Assembly: GCA_963826225.1 (NCBI GenBank)
Contig: CAWGWF010000001.1
Coordinates: 2,483,023-2,547,022 of the forward strand
Length of the DNA stretch: 64,000 bases
Direction of reading: 5' to 3'
From: an uncultured Chloroflexia bacterium
Lineage (GTDB): Bacteria > Chloroflexota > Limnocylindria > Limnocylindrales > CSP1-4
The notes under the pieces are model-generated. The model searched no databases. It saw only the letters and a list, made by a program, of their open reading frames with translations, and had not been told where the DNA came from. Shown in pieces: positions 1 to 9,640 of the stretch. Both the position numbers and the translations under genes were made by a program. Every line of letters starts with the position of its first letter. Position 1 is the first letter of the stretch.

Positions 1-694
1 CACGACGAACAGGCGCCGCACGATCGGGTCGCCCGCGACGGCCCGCACGGCCCCGAACGCGAGCCGCAGCACCGGTCCCTCCGGGATCACCTCCGGGCGC
101 ACCTCGCGTGTGCCCAGGCCGACCAGGAGCGCGGTCCCCAGCGACAGGCCCGCCGAGAGCGCGAACACGCCGGGCGATCGCCCAGCCCGGCGCCGTCGAT
201 CAGGAGGCCGGCCAGCGCCGGGCCGACCGCGAAGCCGATCGGGCCGGCCGCCCCGAACAGGGCGATCGTGGTTCCCAGGCGGGGACGCGGCGTCACGTCC
301 CGGATCCCGGCCAGCATCACGCCCGGTGTTGCCCAGCTGGAACCCGATCAGCAGCACCGCCAGCGCCACCTGCCACGGCTCCTGCGCCATCGCGGCGAGC
401 CCGAACACGACCGTCTCGACCAGGGCGCTGCGCACGATCACCGCCTTGCGGCTGTACTTGTCGGCCCACACGCCCCACAGCGGCACCAGCGGCAGCCCCA
501 GCACGAACACGAGCGAGCTGAACAGCCCGATGAACGCAAGCCGCTCGTCCTCGGGCACGCCCAGCTGGCGCAGGTAGGCCGGCAGCAGCGCGAACACCTG
601 GCTCACGCCCAGCCGCCTCCACGAGCTGGGTGATCCAGAACGCGGCGACGACGACGCGCCAATCCTGCTGCTGGCGGGTCGCTGGCTGATTCAC
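1..694 (-). pseudogene. MFS transporter, N-terminal ~230 codons (gene runs off the window start); frame broken by at least three apparent frameshifts (near 175, 315 and 603)
   Basis: Minus-strand translation gives MFS hallmarks (QVFALLPAYLRQLGVPEDER, GVWADKYSRKAVIVRSAL, GFAVGPALAGLLIDGAGLG, AFGAVRAVAGDPIV) but they lie in three different frames. GTG start candidate at 694. Divergent from the LCP gene. Confidence 0.5.
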
Positions 695-718
695 GTCGCG
701 ACGGTACACTCCGCCGCG

Positions 719-2332
719 ATGTCCGAGACCAACACCTCGATCGGCACCGAGGGCACAGGTGGCGCCGGCCGCGACGCTGCGCCGCGCCTGCTCGTCCTCA
801 ACGCCATCTTCCCGGGCCTCGGCCACCTCGTCGCGGGGCGGCGTCGCTGGGCCCTGGCGCTCGCGGCGCCGATCCTGCTGCTGCTCGGCGCGGCCGCGCT
901 GGTCGCGCTCGCCACCAACAGCATCTCGCTCGCGACCCGGATGTTCGACCCCGCGGTCCTCACGGCGCTGCTGGTCCTCGAGGTCCTCGTGCTTGGCTGG
1001 CGCCTGTTCGCCCTGGCCGCCGTCCGCATCGTGACGCCGATCCGGGCGACGGGGCCCACGCTGCTTGCCGGCGCGCTGGCCGTGGTGATCGTGCTGGGGC
1101 CGCAGCTCGCCCTGGCCGGCGTCACGCTGGACGCAAGGTCTGCCGCCGCGGAGGTGTTCGCGCCGGTGGCCGAAGGCGGCGCCTGGGTGCCGGATGCCAG
1201 CGCACCGCCGGTCGAATCGGACGACCCGGACTTCGCGACCGCCTCGCCGACCGCGCTGCCGTCCGCCACCCCTTCGCCGTCGCCCACGCCCGAGGTGCCG
1301 CGGGTGAACGTCCTGCTGATCGGGATGGACTCCGGGGTCGGGCGCGGCACCGCGCTCACCGACACGATGATCGTCGCCTCCCTGGACCCGGTCGGCAAGA
1401 CGGTCTCGATGGCGTCGGTCCCCCGGGACCTCGTGGACGTGCCGCTCCCCGACGGGCGGAGCTACCGGGGCAAGATCAACAGCCTCGTGTCCTACGTCCG
1501 CTGGAACCCCAAGAAGTTCCCCGGCGCGAAGGACGGCCAGTCCGTGCTGGCCGCGGCCCTCGGCACGCTGCTGGGAATCAAGATCGACCACTGGGCGCAG
1601 GTCAACCTCGGCGGGTTCGTGAACGTCGTCGATTCGGTCGGCGGCGTGACGGTCAACGTCACCGACGGCTTCTGCGACCCGCGTTACGACGAGTACGGGA
1701 TCGACGGCTTCGGGCTGTCGCCCGGCCGCTACCGGATGAACGGCAAGCAGGCGCTGGCGTACGCGCGCATCCGCAAGGCCGCCGGCGAGAGCGACTTCAC
1801 GCGCGCCGCCCGCCAGCAGGAGCTGATCGCCGCGCTGCGCGACCGCATCGTCAAAGGGGCGTTCCTGGACAACCCGTCGCGGTTCCTCAAGTCCCTGGGC
1901 GGGACGATCAGCACCAACGTGAAGCCCAGCCTGATCGCGGACTACATCGATGTGGCGGCCGGGATCCCGCGCAAGGACGTGTTCCGGATCGTGATCAAGC
2001 GCCCGCTGCTGCGCGGCGGGTACGACGAGCGCGGCTCGATCCAGATCCCCAACATCAAGCGGATCCGGGCGATGGCGGCGAGCCTGTTCACGCCCACGGG
2101 CGTGCGCCCGGAGGGGTTCGACACGATGCCGTCCGCGGGCAGCGGCGCCACGAAGCGGGCCCCGACCTCGACGAACTGCGGGATCAAGGCCACGCCCAGG
2201 CCGACCCCCAAGCCGACCCCCAAGCCGACCCCCAAGCCGGCGGCCACGGCGACCCCGAAGCCGACGCCCGAGCCGACGCCGACGCCTCCCGAGCCCACGC
2301 CGACGCCGTCCGAGCCCACGCCGGCGCCGTAG
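719..2332 (+). CDS. LytR-CpsA-Psr (LCP) family cell-envelope phosphotransferase with N-terminal membrane anchor and C-terminal Pro/Thr/Lys-rich tail
   Basis: 537-aa intact ORF. LCP core VNVLLIGMDSG...TDTMIVASLDP...VSMASVPRDL. C-terminal PTPKPT repeats. A 21-bp duplication including the stop codon follows at 2318-2360. Confidence 0.85.
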   Translation: MSETNTSIGTEGTGGAGRDAAPRLLVLNAIFPGLGHLVAGRRRWALALAAPILLLLGAAALVALATNSISLATRMFDPAVLTALLVLEVLVLGWRLFALAAVRIVTPIRATGPTLLAGALAVVIVLGPQLALAGVTLDARSAAAEVFAPVAEGGAWVPDASAPPVESDDPDFATASPTALPSATPSPSPTPEVPRVNVLLIGMDSGVGRGTALTDTMIVASLDPVGKTVSMASVPRDLVDVPLPDGRSYRGKINSLVSYVRWNPKKFPGAKDGQSVLAAALGTLLGIKIDHWAQVNLGGFVNVVDSVGGVTVNVTDGFCDPRYDEYGIDGFGLSPGRYRMNGKQALAYARIRKAAGESDFTRAARQQELIAALRDRIVKGAFLDNPSRFLKSLGGTISTNVKPSLIADYIDVAAGIPRKDVFRIVIKRPLLRGGYDERGSIQIPNIKRIRAMAASLFTPTGVRPEGFDTMPSAGSGATKRAPTSTNCGIKATPRPTPKPTPKPTPKPAATATPKPTPEPTPTPPEPTPTPSEPTPAP

Positions 2333-2434
2333 CCCGCGGACGCGCCGGCGCCGTAGCCCGGCCATCGCCCGTCAGAGGCCGGCGGGGGCCCCTCGAGGCC
2401 GGCTGCGGCCGACCAGTGCGCCCGTGCCACCGGT

Positions 2435-3874
2435 TCAGCCCGATCTGGCGGCCTCGCGCGTGAGGCGGTGGGCCTCCAGCGCCCGCGCCCGTGCCGCGGC
2501 GTGGTCCACGATCGGGGTGGGATAGTCCTCACCGATGTGGCAGCCGGCCGCGGCCTGCTCCTCGATCGTCATCTCCCACGGGGCGTGGATCCGGTTCGCG
2601 GGAACCTGCCTGAGCTCCGGCACCCATCGACGCACGTACTCCCCGCCCGGGTCGAAGCGCCGGCCCTGGAGGACCGGGTTGAACACCCGGAACCAGGGCT
2701 GCGGGTCCGTGCCGGTGGAGGAGGTCCACTGCCAGCCGCCGTTGTTCGAGGCGGGATCACCGTCGGTCAGGTGGCGCATGAACGCGGCCTCGCCCAGCCG
2801 GTAGTCCAGGAGCAGGTGCTTGGCCAGGAACGAGGCGGCGACCATCCGCGCCCGGTTGTGCACGAACCCGCTGGCCCGCAGCTGGCGCATCGCGGCGTCC
2901 ACCACCGGGTATCCCGTCCGCCCGTCCGTCCACGCCCGGAGGCCCTCGGGGTCGTCCCGGTACGGCAGCCCGGCAAGACCGGCCTGCAGCGGCTCCCGCA
3001 GGACCCCGGGGTGATGCCACAGCACGTGGGCGTAGAACTCGCGCCAGGCGAGCTCGGCGAGGAAGACCCGGCGGCCGTCTCCGGGACCATCGACGCGGTC
3101 CGCCACCTCGACCGGGGACAGCAGGCCGAACCGGAGGTCCTGGCTGAGGCGCGATGTTCCATCGAGCGCCAGGCCGTTGCGTGCCCCCGCGTAGTCGTCG
3201 ACGGGAGCGGACACGCCCGCGTCCGCTCTCCCCGCCCATCGGGCGAGCCGGCCTCGCGCGGCCGCCTCGCCGGGCGCCGGGATCAGCGTCCGGTCCGCCG
3301 TCGGAGGCCCGAGGTCGGGGATCACGTCCGGCCGGCTACGACCATTCGCGTTCCGGCTCGGAATCCGGGTCGGGGCCGGCAGCACTGCGCGGCGGGGCGT
3401 CGCGTCCCACGCACGACGGAACGCGCCGTAGACGGCGAACGGGCGGCCGTCCCGTGTCGCCAGCTCGGCAGGCTCATGCACGTACTGCCCGTGCTTCGCA
3501 TGGACCGCGATCCCGCGAGCGCCGGCCGCGGCCGTCACCGCCCGGTCACGCGCCCGGCCGTACGGCGCCGCCTCCCGGGTGAGATACACGTCCGTGGCCC
3601 CGATCTCCCGGGCGAGCTCCGGGACGACGTCCTCGGGTTGCCCGCGCACGACCCGGAGCGAGGCTCCACGTTCGGCCAGCCCGGCCGCAAGCACGACGAG
3701 ACTCTCGCGCATGAACCACGCCCGGTTGGCTGACGCCCAGCGTCCCATGAGCAGGCGGTCGTCCAGCACGAACAGCGGCACGACCTCGTCCGCCTCGGCG
3801 ACGGCCGCGGTCAGGGCGGGATGGTCGTGGAGGCGGAGGTCCCGGCGGAACCACAGGATCGCGCGGCGTGGCAT
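2435..3874 (-). CDS. phr: deoxyribodipyrimidine photolyase / cryptochrome family (FAD-binding)
   Basis: 479 aa. N-terminus ILWFRRDLRLHDHPAL and C-terminal FAD-binding blocks (WREFY, GFVHNRARM, NGGWQWTSSTG) are typical of class I CPD photolyases. Confidence 0.9.
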   Translation of the reverse strand: MPRRAILWFRRDLRLHDHPALTAAVAEADEVVPLFVLDDRLLMGRWASANRAWFMRESLVVLAAGLAERGASLRVVRGQPEDVVPELAREIGATDVYLTREAAPYGRARDRAVTAAAGARGIAVHAKHGQYVHEPAELATRDGRPFAVYGAFRRAWDATPRRAVLPAPTRIPSRNANGRSRPDVIPDLGPPTADRTLIPAPGEAAARGRLARWAGRADAGVSAPVDDYAGARNGLALDGTSRLSQDLRFGLLSPVEVADRVDGPGDGRRVFLAELAWREFYAHVLWHHPGVLREPLQAGLAGLPYRDDPEGLRAWTDGRTGYPVVDAAMRQLRASGFVHNRARMVAASFLAKHLLLDYRLGEAAFMRHLTDGDPASNNGGWQWTSSTGTDPQPWFRVFNPVLQGRRFDPGGEYVRRWVPELRQVPANRIHAPWEMTIEEQAAAGCHIGEDYPTPIVDHAAARARALEAHRLTREAARSG

Positions 3875-3924
3875 GCCGCCATCTTCGCGCCCTCGCGGCG
3901 ATCCTGTCGGGCATCATCCGCGCC

Positions 3925-4515
3925 ATGACCGAGCCCGTCGTCATCGAGATCCCGGAGCCGGCGCTCGTCGTGCTGGTCGGTGCCGCCGGCGCGGGCAAGA
4001 CCACGTTCGCGGCCCGTCACTTCGCCCCGGACGAGGTCCTGTCCTCGGACGCATACCGGGAGGCCATCTCCGGCGACGCCGGCGACCAGCGGGCGACCGG
4101 CCCCGCGTTCGCGGCCCTGCACCGGGCGGTGGCGCGGCGCCTCGGCGCAGGACGTCTCACGGTGGTGGATGCGACCAACGTGACGGCGTCGGCGCGCCGG
4201 GCCCTGGTCGGGCGGGCGGCGCAGGCCGGGGTGCCCGCCGTCGCGATCGTCCTCGACCTGAAGCCGAGTCTCGTCCTCGCCCGCAACCGCGCCCGAGCCG
4301 GCCGCGTCGTTCCGGAGGACGTCGTGCGCCGGCAGCTGGCGGACCTGGCGGGAATCCCCGCCGAAGGCACCGCCACGCACCACCAGTCCGAGGCGGAGGG
4401 CTTCGCGGCCGTGGTCCGGCTGACCGAACCGTCAACAGTGGATGCGGTCAGGATCGTCCGCGTCGCTCGCCTCATCCGGCTCGACACACCGGCACCAGGC
4501 AAGGCTCGCACCTGA
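3925..4515 (+). CDS. P-loop NTPase (AAA_33 / polynucleotide-kinase-like ATP-binding protein)
   Basis: Walker A VVLVGAAGAGKTTFA followed by VVDATN block. ATG at 3925 chosen just before the P-loop. Divergent from the photolyase gene. Confidence 0.6.
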   Translation: MTEPVVIEIPEPALVVLVGAAGAGKTTFAARHFAPDEVLSSDAYREAISGDAGDQRATGPAFAALHRAVARRLGAGRLTVVDATNVTASARRALVGRAAQAGVPAVAIVLDLKPSLVLARNRARAGRVVPEDVVRRQLADLAGIPAEGTATHHQSEAEGFAAVVRLTEPSTVDAVRIVRVARLIRLDTPAPGKART

Positions 4516-4540
4516 CGCCGGCTGGTCATCGGCCGGTGCG

Positions 4541-5437
4541 CTACCCCGCGGTGCCGTACGCGATCAGCGCGATGCCGACCGCCGTCAGCGCGATGCCGGC
4601 CACGTGGCTGCGCGTCATGCGCTCCCGGAGCACGACGATCGCGAGGATCACCGTCGTCACCGGGTACAGCGAGGAGAGCACGGCCGCGATGGCGAGCTGG
4701 CCGGATTGGGTCGCCAGGATGAACGCCGCATTGCCGAACATGTCCAGCACGCCGATCAGCACGATCCACCGCAGCGCGTCTCGGCCCGGCCGCCACGGCT
4801 GCCGCCAGGCGACGATGAGCACCGCGAGGATCACGACCTGGAGCAACCGGATGATCACGAGCGGCCCGAAGGCTCCGGCCTCCGAGAGCTGCCCGACGCC
4901 GATGTTGAACCCGCCGATCGCAATGCCCGCGATCAGCGCCCACCGGAGGCCGGACGGACGCCCGTCGGCGTGGCCCGGCGCCCGCGTCACGAGCACCACG
5001 GCCACCAGGGCGACGGCGATCCCGGCCACGGCGGCCATCCCCGGCACGCCCTCCAGCGCAAAGCCGACGACCACCGGGATGACGGCGCCCACGACGCCCG
5101 TGACCGGTGCCACGACGCCCATCCGTCCCACGGCCAGGCCCCGGTAGAGCGACGAGATGCCGACCACCCCGCAGATCCCGATGACCGTCGACCACAGGAT
5201 GTCCGCACCCTGCGGAAGCGGCTCCCCGCGCACGACGGCCAGCGCGAGGGCCGCCACGATGCCGACGAGCTGCGTCCCACCCACCACCCCGAACAGCGGA
5301 GCGCGGCGGCTCAGCATCCCGCCGCCGAAATCGCCGGCGCCCCAGGCCAGGGCGGAGGCCAGCCCGAGGAGGATGACGGGGGAGCCCAGGCCGGCGAGCT
5401 CAGGCAGGGACGCCGTCCTCCGGTTCGCCGGGCTCAT
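4541..5437 (-). CDS. DMT (EamA-like) family permease
   Basis: 298 aa, ten predicted hydrophobic helices, glycine-rich EamA-type repeats. 38-bp overlap with the downstream sbcC-like stop. Confidence 0.8.
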   Translation of the reverse strand: MSPANRRTASLPELAGLGSPVILLGLASALAWGAGDFGGGMLSRRAPLFGVVGGTQLVGIVAALALAVVRGEPLPQGADILWSTVIGICGVVGISSLYRGLAVGRMGVVAPVTGVVGAVIPVVVGFALEGVPGMAAVAGIAVALVAVVLVTRAPGHADGRPSGLRWALIAGIAIGGFNIGVGQLSEAGAFGPLVIIRLLQVVILAVLIVAWRQPWRPGRDALRWIVLIGVLDMFGNAAFILATQSGQLAIAAVLSSLYPVTTVILAIVVLRERMTRSHVAGIALTAVGIALIAYGTAG

Positions 5438-7586
5438 CCACGGCGGAGGGCGGCTCCAGGACGAGCACCCTGTCCGCGATCGCGTCGTACCGGTCGGAGG
5501 TCGTGAGGTAGATCACCTGGAAGTCCGCCGCGACCTCACGCAGGAGCTCGAGCGCCCGCGGGCCGCGCTCCGCATCGAGGGTGACGAACGGGTCGTCCAT
5601 GACCAGCGGCGGGCGCCGGTCGCCGGTGACGAGCCGGACAAGCCCCAGGCGGGCCGCCAGGTACACGACGTCCAGCGTCCCCTGGGACAGGTCCGAGACC
5701 GGGCACCAGTCGCCGCGCTCGGGCGAGAACACCTCGATCGCGAGGTCGGCATCGTCCACGCGCACGCGCCGGTACCGGCCACCGGTCACGCGCGTGACGG
5801 CGGGGCCCATGTGGCGCTCCAGGTAGCGGGTCGCCCGCTGCATCGTCGCCTGCTCGGCGGCGTTGATCTCTCGCAGGGTCGCGGCGTAGACCCGCTCCCG
5901 CCGGCGCAGCGCGGCCAGCTCCTCCTGCCACGAGGCGAGTCGCTCGGCGAGGGCGGCCACCTCCTCCGCGTCCACGGGGTTCTGCTCCACGCGGGCCCGG
6001 GCGCCGGCCTCCTCGTCGCGGGAACGGCTGACGATCCCCTCCGCGTCGGCGACCTCGACCTCCAGGCGCTCCCGGGCACGGGGCTCCTTGGCGATCGGCC
6101 CGAGCGCCTCGAGGGCCGCGGTCTTCTGCTCGATCTCCAGGGCCGCGCTGTCCCGGCGGGCGGGCAGGACATCCTGCGGCTCGTCGCCGATCAGGCCGCT
6201 CAGGCGCGCCCGGCGGACGTCGATCTCGCCGGTGTGCTCATCCTCGCGGCGGAGCAGGTCCTCCGCCGAGTCGAGGTCCTCGAGACCCAGGCGTCCCAGC
6301 AGGTCCGCCTCCTCCGCCTCGCTGGTGCGCAGCTCCAGCTCCAGGTCCGATCGCCCGCGCAATCGCCGGTCCACCTCCGCGTCCCGGAGGTGCCGGTCCA
6401 CCCGGTCCGAGCGCCGCAGGAAGACGCCGACGATCGCGAGCGCGAGGCCGACCGCGGCCACGAACGCCCCCACGATGATCACTGCGGTGCCCAGCTCCAG
6501 GATCCCGAGCGTGTCGAGGCCGAAGGCGACGCCGGCGATCACGATGCCCACCAGCACGAGCCCGATCGACAGCCGCGACAGGGGCCGCCACTTCACCTCC
6601 GGCGGCACCTCGAAGCTGACCTGGACCTCGCCCTCCAGCTGCGCCCGCAGGGCGGCGATCCGCGACGTCACGCCGCGCAGCCGCTCCACGTTCGAGCGGA
6701 GGACCGGGAGCGGCGTCGGCGACGGGTGCGACGCCTCCAGCTCCGCGATCTCGTCGCGGACCACGACCGCGGTCCGGTAGCGCTCGAACCGCTCCCGCGC
6801 CTGGTCCCGCTCCGCGTTGAGGCGCTCCGCCTGGCGCGCCTTCTCCAACATCGAGCGGCGCTCCGTGAGCGCCATCTCCGCCTCGGCCCGCCGCTCCCGC
6901 GCGGCGGACAGCGTGTCCCGATCCTGCGCCAGCCTTGCCAGCGCGTCCTCGCCCGCCTGGAGACGGACGGTCACCTCTGCGATCGCATCCTCTCCGGTCT
7001 TGAGCCGGCCCGGGTTCTTGGCACCCCGTGCCTGCAGCTCATGGAGCGCCGCGTCGAGCTTCTTCTTCGCCCGTCCGGTGCCGCGCGTCGCTCCGCTGAT
7101 CGAGGCCTGGAGGCGGTCCCGCAGGGCGGCCTCGTCGCGCTGCAGCCCGGCCAGCTCGTGGTGACGGACCGATGCCGTGGACCGGAAGAAGGCCTCCGTC
7201 GGGACGCCGGACAGCTCCGCCAGCCGCGCGTCCGCGCCCGCCGGATCCGTGATCACCTCTCCGTCCAGCTCCAGGCGGACGCTGCCCCTGGTGCCGCGAA
7301 AGGCCTTCTCCAGCCGGCCCGCGTGGGTCCCCCCGTCCTCGTCCTCGTAGGTGAACGAGAGGTCGATCTCGGGTCGCGCGTCCGGGTCCGCACCCCACGG
7401 CACCAGGGCGTCGAGCTCCGCGGCGGCGGATGTGACCTTGCGCGTGAGGGCGAGCTCCACCGCGCGCTGGAGGGTGGACTTGCCGGATTCGTTGGCACCG
7501 CGGACGACCGTCAGGCCGGGAGCGAGCTCCAGCTCCGCGTCCCGGTAGCGCCGCAGGTCCCGGATGGCGAGGCGCGTGATCCTCAC
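5400..7586 (-). CDS. SbcC/Rad50-like AAA ATPase with long coiled coil and two internal transmembrane helices (YhaN-like)
   Basis: 728 aa. N-terminal Walker A GANESGKST and C-terminal signature LSQGT plus Walker B VMDDPFVTLD. Central hydrophobic stretch LSIGLVLVGIVIAGVAFGL...VIIVGAFVAAVGLALAIVGVFL. Confidence 0.8.
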   Translation of the reverse strand: MRITRLAIRDLRRYRDAELELAPGLTVVRGANESGKSTLQRAVELALTRKVTSAAAELDALVPWGADPDARPEIDLSFTYEDEDGGTHAGRLEKAFRGTRGSVRLELDGEVITDPAGADARLAELSGVPTEAFFRSTASVRHHELAGLQRDEAALRDRLQASISGATRGTGRAKKKLDAALHELQARGAKNPGRLKTGEDAIAEVTVRLQAGEDALARLAQDRDTLSAARERRAEAEMALTERRSMLEKARQAERLNAERDQARERFERYRTAVVVRDEIAELEASHPSPTPLPVLRSNVERLRGVTSRIAALRAQLEGEVQVSFEVPPEVKWRPLSRLSIGLVLVGIVIAGVAFGLDTLGILELGTAVIIVGAFVAAVGLALAIVGVFLRRSDRVDRHLRDAEVDRRLRGRSDLELELRTSEAEEADLLGRLGLEDLDSAEDLLRREDEHTGEIDVRRARLSGLIGDEPQDVLPARRDSAALEIEQKTAALEALGPIAKEPRARERLEVEVADAEGIVSRSRDEEAGARARVEQNPVDAEEVAALAERLASWQEELAALRRRERVYAATLREINAAEQATMQRATRYLERHMGPAVTRVTGGRYRRVRVDDADLAIEVFSPERGDWCPVSDLSQGTLDVVYLAARLGLVRLVTGDRRPPLVMDDPFVTLDAERGPRALELLREVAADFQVIYLTTSDRYDAIADRVLVLEPPSAVDEPGEPEDGVPA

Positions 7587-8758
7587 AGCGTCACCTCCTG
7601 CCCCGCGAGGAGCAGGCGGCCGAGACGGAGGACGTCGCGCAGCTCTTCGGCCTCCCGTTGCGCCGGGTCGTCACCGGACGCTTCGAGGTCCGCGATCCGG
7701 CCCTCGACGTTGCGGATGAAGGCACCCGAGATGGTCTCGGCGGGTGGCAGGGTGCCCTCTGTCAGGGCCGGCAGGCTGGCATCCCGGACGCGGACGCGGA
7801 GGAACGCGCCCCTCAGCGCATCCTCGATCTCGATCGGCGACGCGTCCAGCTCGTCCGGCCGGACACCGATCAGGCGCACGTCGAGGACCAGATCCGGGTC
7901 CGCCATCGCGCGGAGCTTCTCGATCAGCACGGGCTGCGAACCGACGGTCGCCGCGTCAAGGTCCAGGTGGTGGAACGACGTCCGCCCGACGACCCGCTCG
8001 TCGATCGACACGTTGCGGCGGCCGTCCACCTCCTCGAGGGTGACCAGCAGCACCTTGCCGCCGCGGTCCTGGTCCACCGCGACCGGCTCCGGCGCCCCGG
8101 CATAGGCATAGGTCACGGCCTTCGCCTTCGCGACCTGCGCGGAATGCCAGTGCCCGAGCGCCAGGTAGTCCAGGCCGCTGGCGGCGATCTCGTCCACGGT
8201 CACGACGACCTCGTCGTGCTCCGTGCGGCCGGGAATCGCGATCGAGGCATGGAGCAGGCCCAGCTTCCAGGTCGCTTGCGGCGTCTCCACGGCCGCGAGA
8301 TCCCGCAGCGGGCTGTGGGGGGCTCGCTTGGTCGCGAACACGGGTCCGTGGACGACCGCGTCCAGCGCGGGAATGTGGACCCACGGCCGGGCAGGCGTGA
8401 GCACCACGACCATGTCCTCCGCCGGGCGCACGCCGGCGAGCGCGGACAGGTCATAGGCGCGGTAGACCGAGGAGCGGTCGTAGACGTCGTGCGTGCCCGG
8501 GATGAGGACCGAGCGGATCCGGGCCTGGGCGAGGCGCGCCAGCTCCGCCGCGACGCGCTCCACGGATCTGCGGGGCTGGACGTTGGAATCGAACAGGTCC
8601 CCGGCGACGAGGAACAGGTCGACCTTCTCCGCGATCGCGAGATCCACGCTGGCACGGAACGCGGCGAACTGCCGCTCCCGCTGGGCCGATGCCACCTCCC
8701 CGAGATCCGCATGTCGGGCGCCGAGGTGAACGTCCGCGGTATGGAGCAATCGGAGCAT
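7583..8758 (-). CDS. SbcD/Mre11-like metallophosphoesterase (DNA repair exonuclease)
   Basis: ATG at 8758 gives MLRLLHTADVHLG...LFLVAGDLFD...GTHD (calcineurin-like phosphoesterase motifs). 4-bp overlap with the sbcC-like start. The ORF-track N-terminal extension to 9253 is low-complexity and was rejected. Confidence 0.8.
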   Translation of the reverse strand: MLRLLHTADVHLGARHADLGEVASAQRERQFAAFRASVDLAIAEKVDLFLVAGDLFDSNVQPRRSVERVAAELARLAQARIRSVLIPGTHDVYDRSSVYRAYDLSALAGVRPAEDMVVVLTPARPWVHIPALDAVVHGPVFATKRAPHSPLRDLAAVETPQATWKLGLLHASIAIPGRTEHDEVVVTVDEIAASGLDYLALGHWHSAQVAKAKAVTYAYAGAPEPVAVDQDRGGKVLLVTLEEVDGRRNVSIDERVVGRTSFHHLDLDAATVGSQPVLIEKLRAMADPDLVLDVRLIGVRPDELDASPIEIEDALRGAFLRVRVRDASLPALTEGTLPPAETISGAFIRNVEGRIADLEASGDDPAQREAEELRDVLRLGRLLLAGQEVTL

Positions 8759-8960
8759 CCGGTGCGTGTGCCTCCCTGATCGATCAGACCGGGACCGGCA
8801 TCCGACCGGGTCCCGCGAGCGGCCGCTCCCCGTCCCCCCGTCGCAGGACCTGGCACGGTCCGTGACGTGGCTCAGGGCCTGCCGGTCGCCCCCGGGACCC
8901 GGTTGCGAGGCGGGCGCCCCCATCGCTCCCGTCTCGACACGCCGAGTCTCGGCGGCCATT

Positions 8961-8979
8961 GTGACAGGTCGCCTGTCAC
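8961..8979. promoter_or_regulatory. perfect palindrome GTGACAGG-tcg-CCTGTCAC in the 470-bp region upstream of the sbcD/sbcC-like operon
   Basis: Read directly: 8-bp inverted arms with 3-bp spacer, between the sbcD-like start (8758) and the divergent Zn-ribbon gene (9232). Candidate operator. Confidence 0.3.
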
Positions 8980-9231
8980 GGCCGCGGCCGCGGGGGGCAC
9001 GGATTCCATTCGGCGGGACGACGGCAGGACGCCCCGACGGCCCGTTTCCGCGGCCCGGTGTAGGCTGGTGCCAACGTACACACCGGTGCGCCCCGATCAG
9101 GGACTCCGACAGGCACCTGGGTCGCGCGGCCCCGGCTGACTCCCCGCCGTGGTCGCCATCCCCGGGCGACGGCCGCGATCGGTCGCGCACCACGAGACCG
9201 TCCGAGCGCGCGCCCGGGAGGAGCACCAATC

Positions 9232-9573
9232 GTGACCTACGTCGATCGAACACTCACCTGCGTCGACTGCGGCGTCGAGTTCGTCCACTCCGCGGCCGAC
9301 CAGGAGTACTACGTCGGGAAAGGGTTCACCTCCGACCCCAAGCGTTGCGCCTCATGCCGCGCCTACCGGCGCACGACCCGCGACGGCGGCACGGCCGACG
9401 TCCGATCCTACGGCGGACCGCGCGGCTACGAGCGCACCGAGGATCGCGGGCCGCGCGAGTACTTCGTGGCGATCTGCTCCTCGTGCGGGAACCAGGCGCA
9501 GGTGCCGTTCAAGCCGCGCATGGACAAGCCGGTCTACTGCTCGGACTGCTTCCGGACCGTGCGCCCGGACTGA
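9232..9573 (+). CDS. small zinc-ribbon protein (two CxxC...CxxC pairs)
   Basis: 113 aa. GTG start 10 nt after GGGAGGAG. Motifs CVDCG...CASCR and CSSCG...CSDC. Confidence 0.55.
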   Translation: MTYVDRTLTCVDCGVEFVHSAADQEYYVGKGFTSDPKRCASCRAYRRTTRDGGTADVRSYGGPRGYERTEDRGPREYFVAICSSCGNQAQVPFKPRMDKPVYCSDCFRTVRPD

Positions 9574-9640
9574 TCCGGGGCGCCCCGGCGGTTCCTCTGG
9601 CACGCGGCGGCTCGCCGACCTGCCACGACGTTCGTCGCCG

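Noticed and set aside
2184-2332. PTPKPT repeat region as a separate repeat element
   Set aside because: It is the in-frame C-terminal low-complexity tail of the LCP protein.
317-2365. 682-aa minus-strand ORF overlapping the LCP gene
   Set aside because: Arg/Gly/Pro-rich low-complexity translation antisense to a well-supported gene. Typical high-GC artefact. Only its last ~110 codons overlap the MFS pseudogene frame.
5157-8105. 982-aa plus-strand ORF antisense to sbcC/sbcD
   Set aside because: No motifs, extreme Arg/Gly/Pro composition. The opposite strand carries clear SbcC/SbcD homology.
8759-9253. N-terminal 165-codon extension of the sbcD-like ORF
   Set aside because: Low-complexity. 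The conserved metallophosphoesterase N-terminus MLRLLHTADVHLG starts at 8758.
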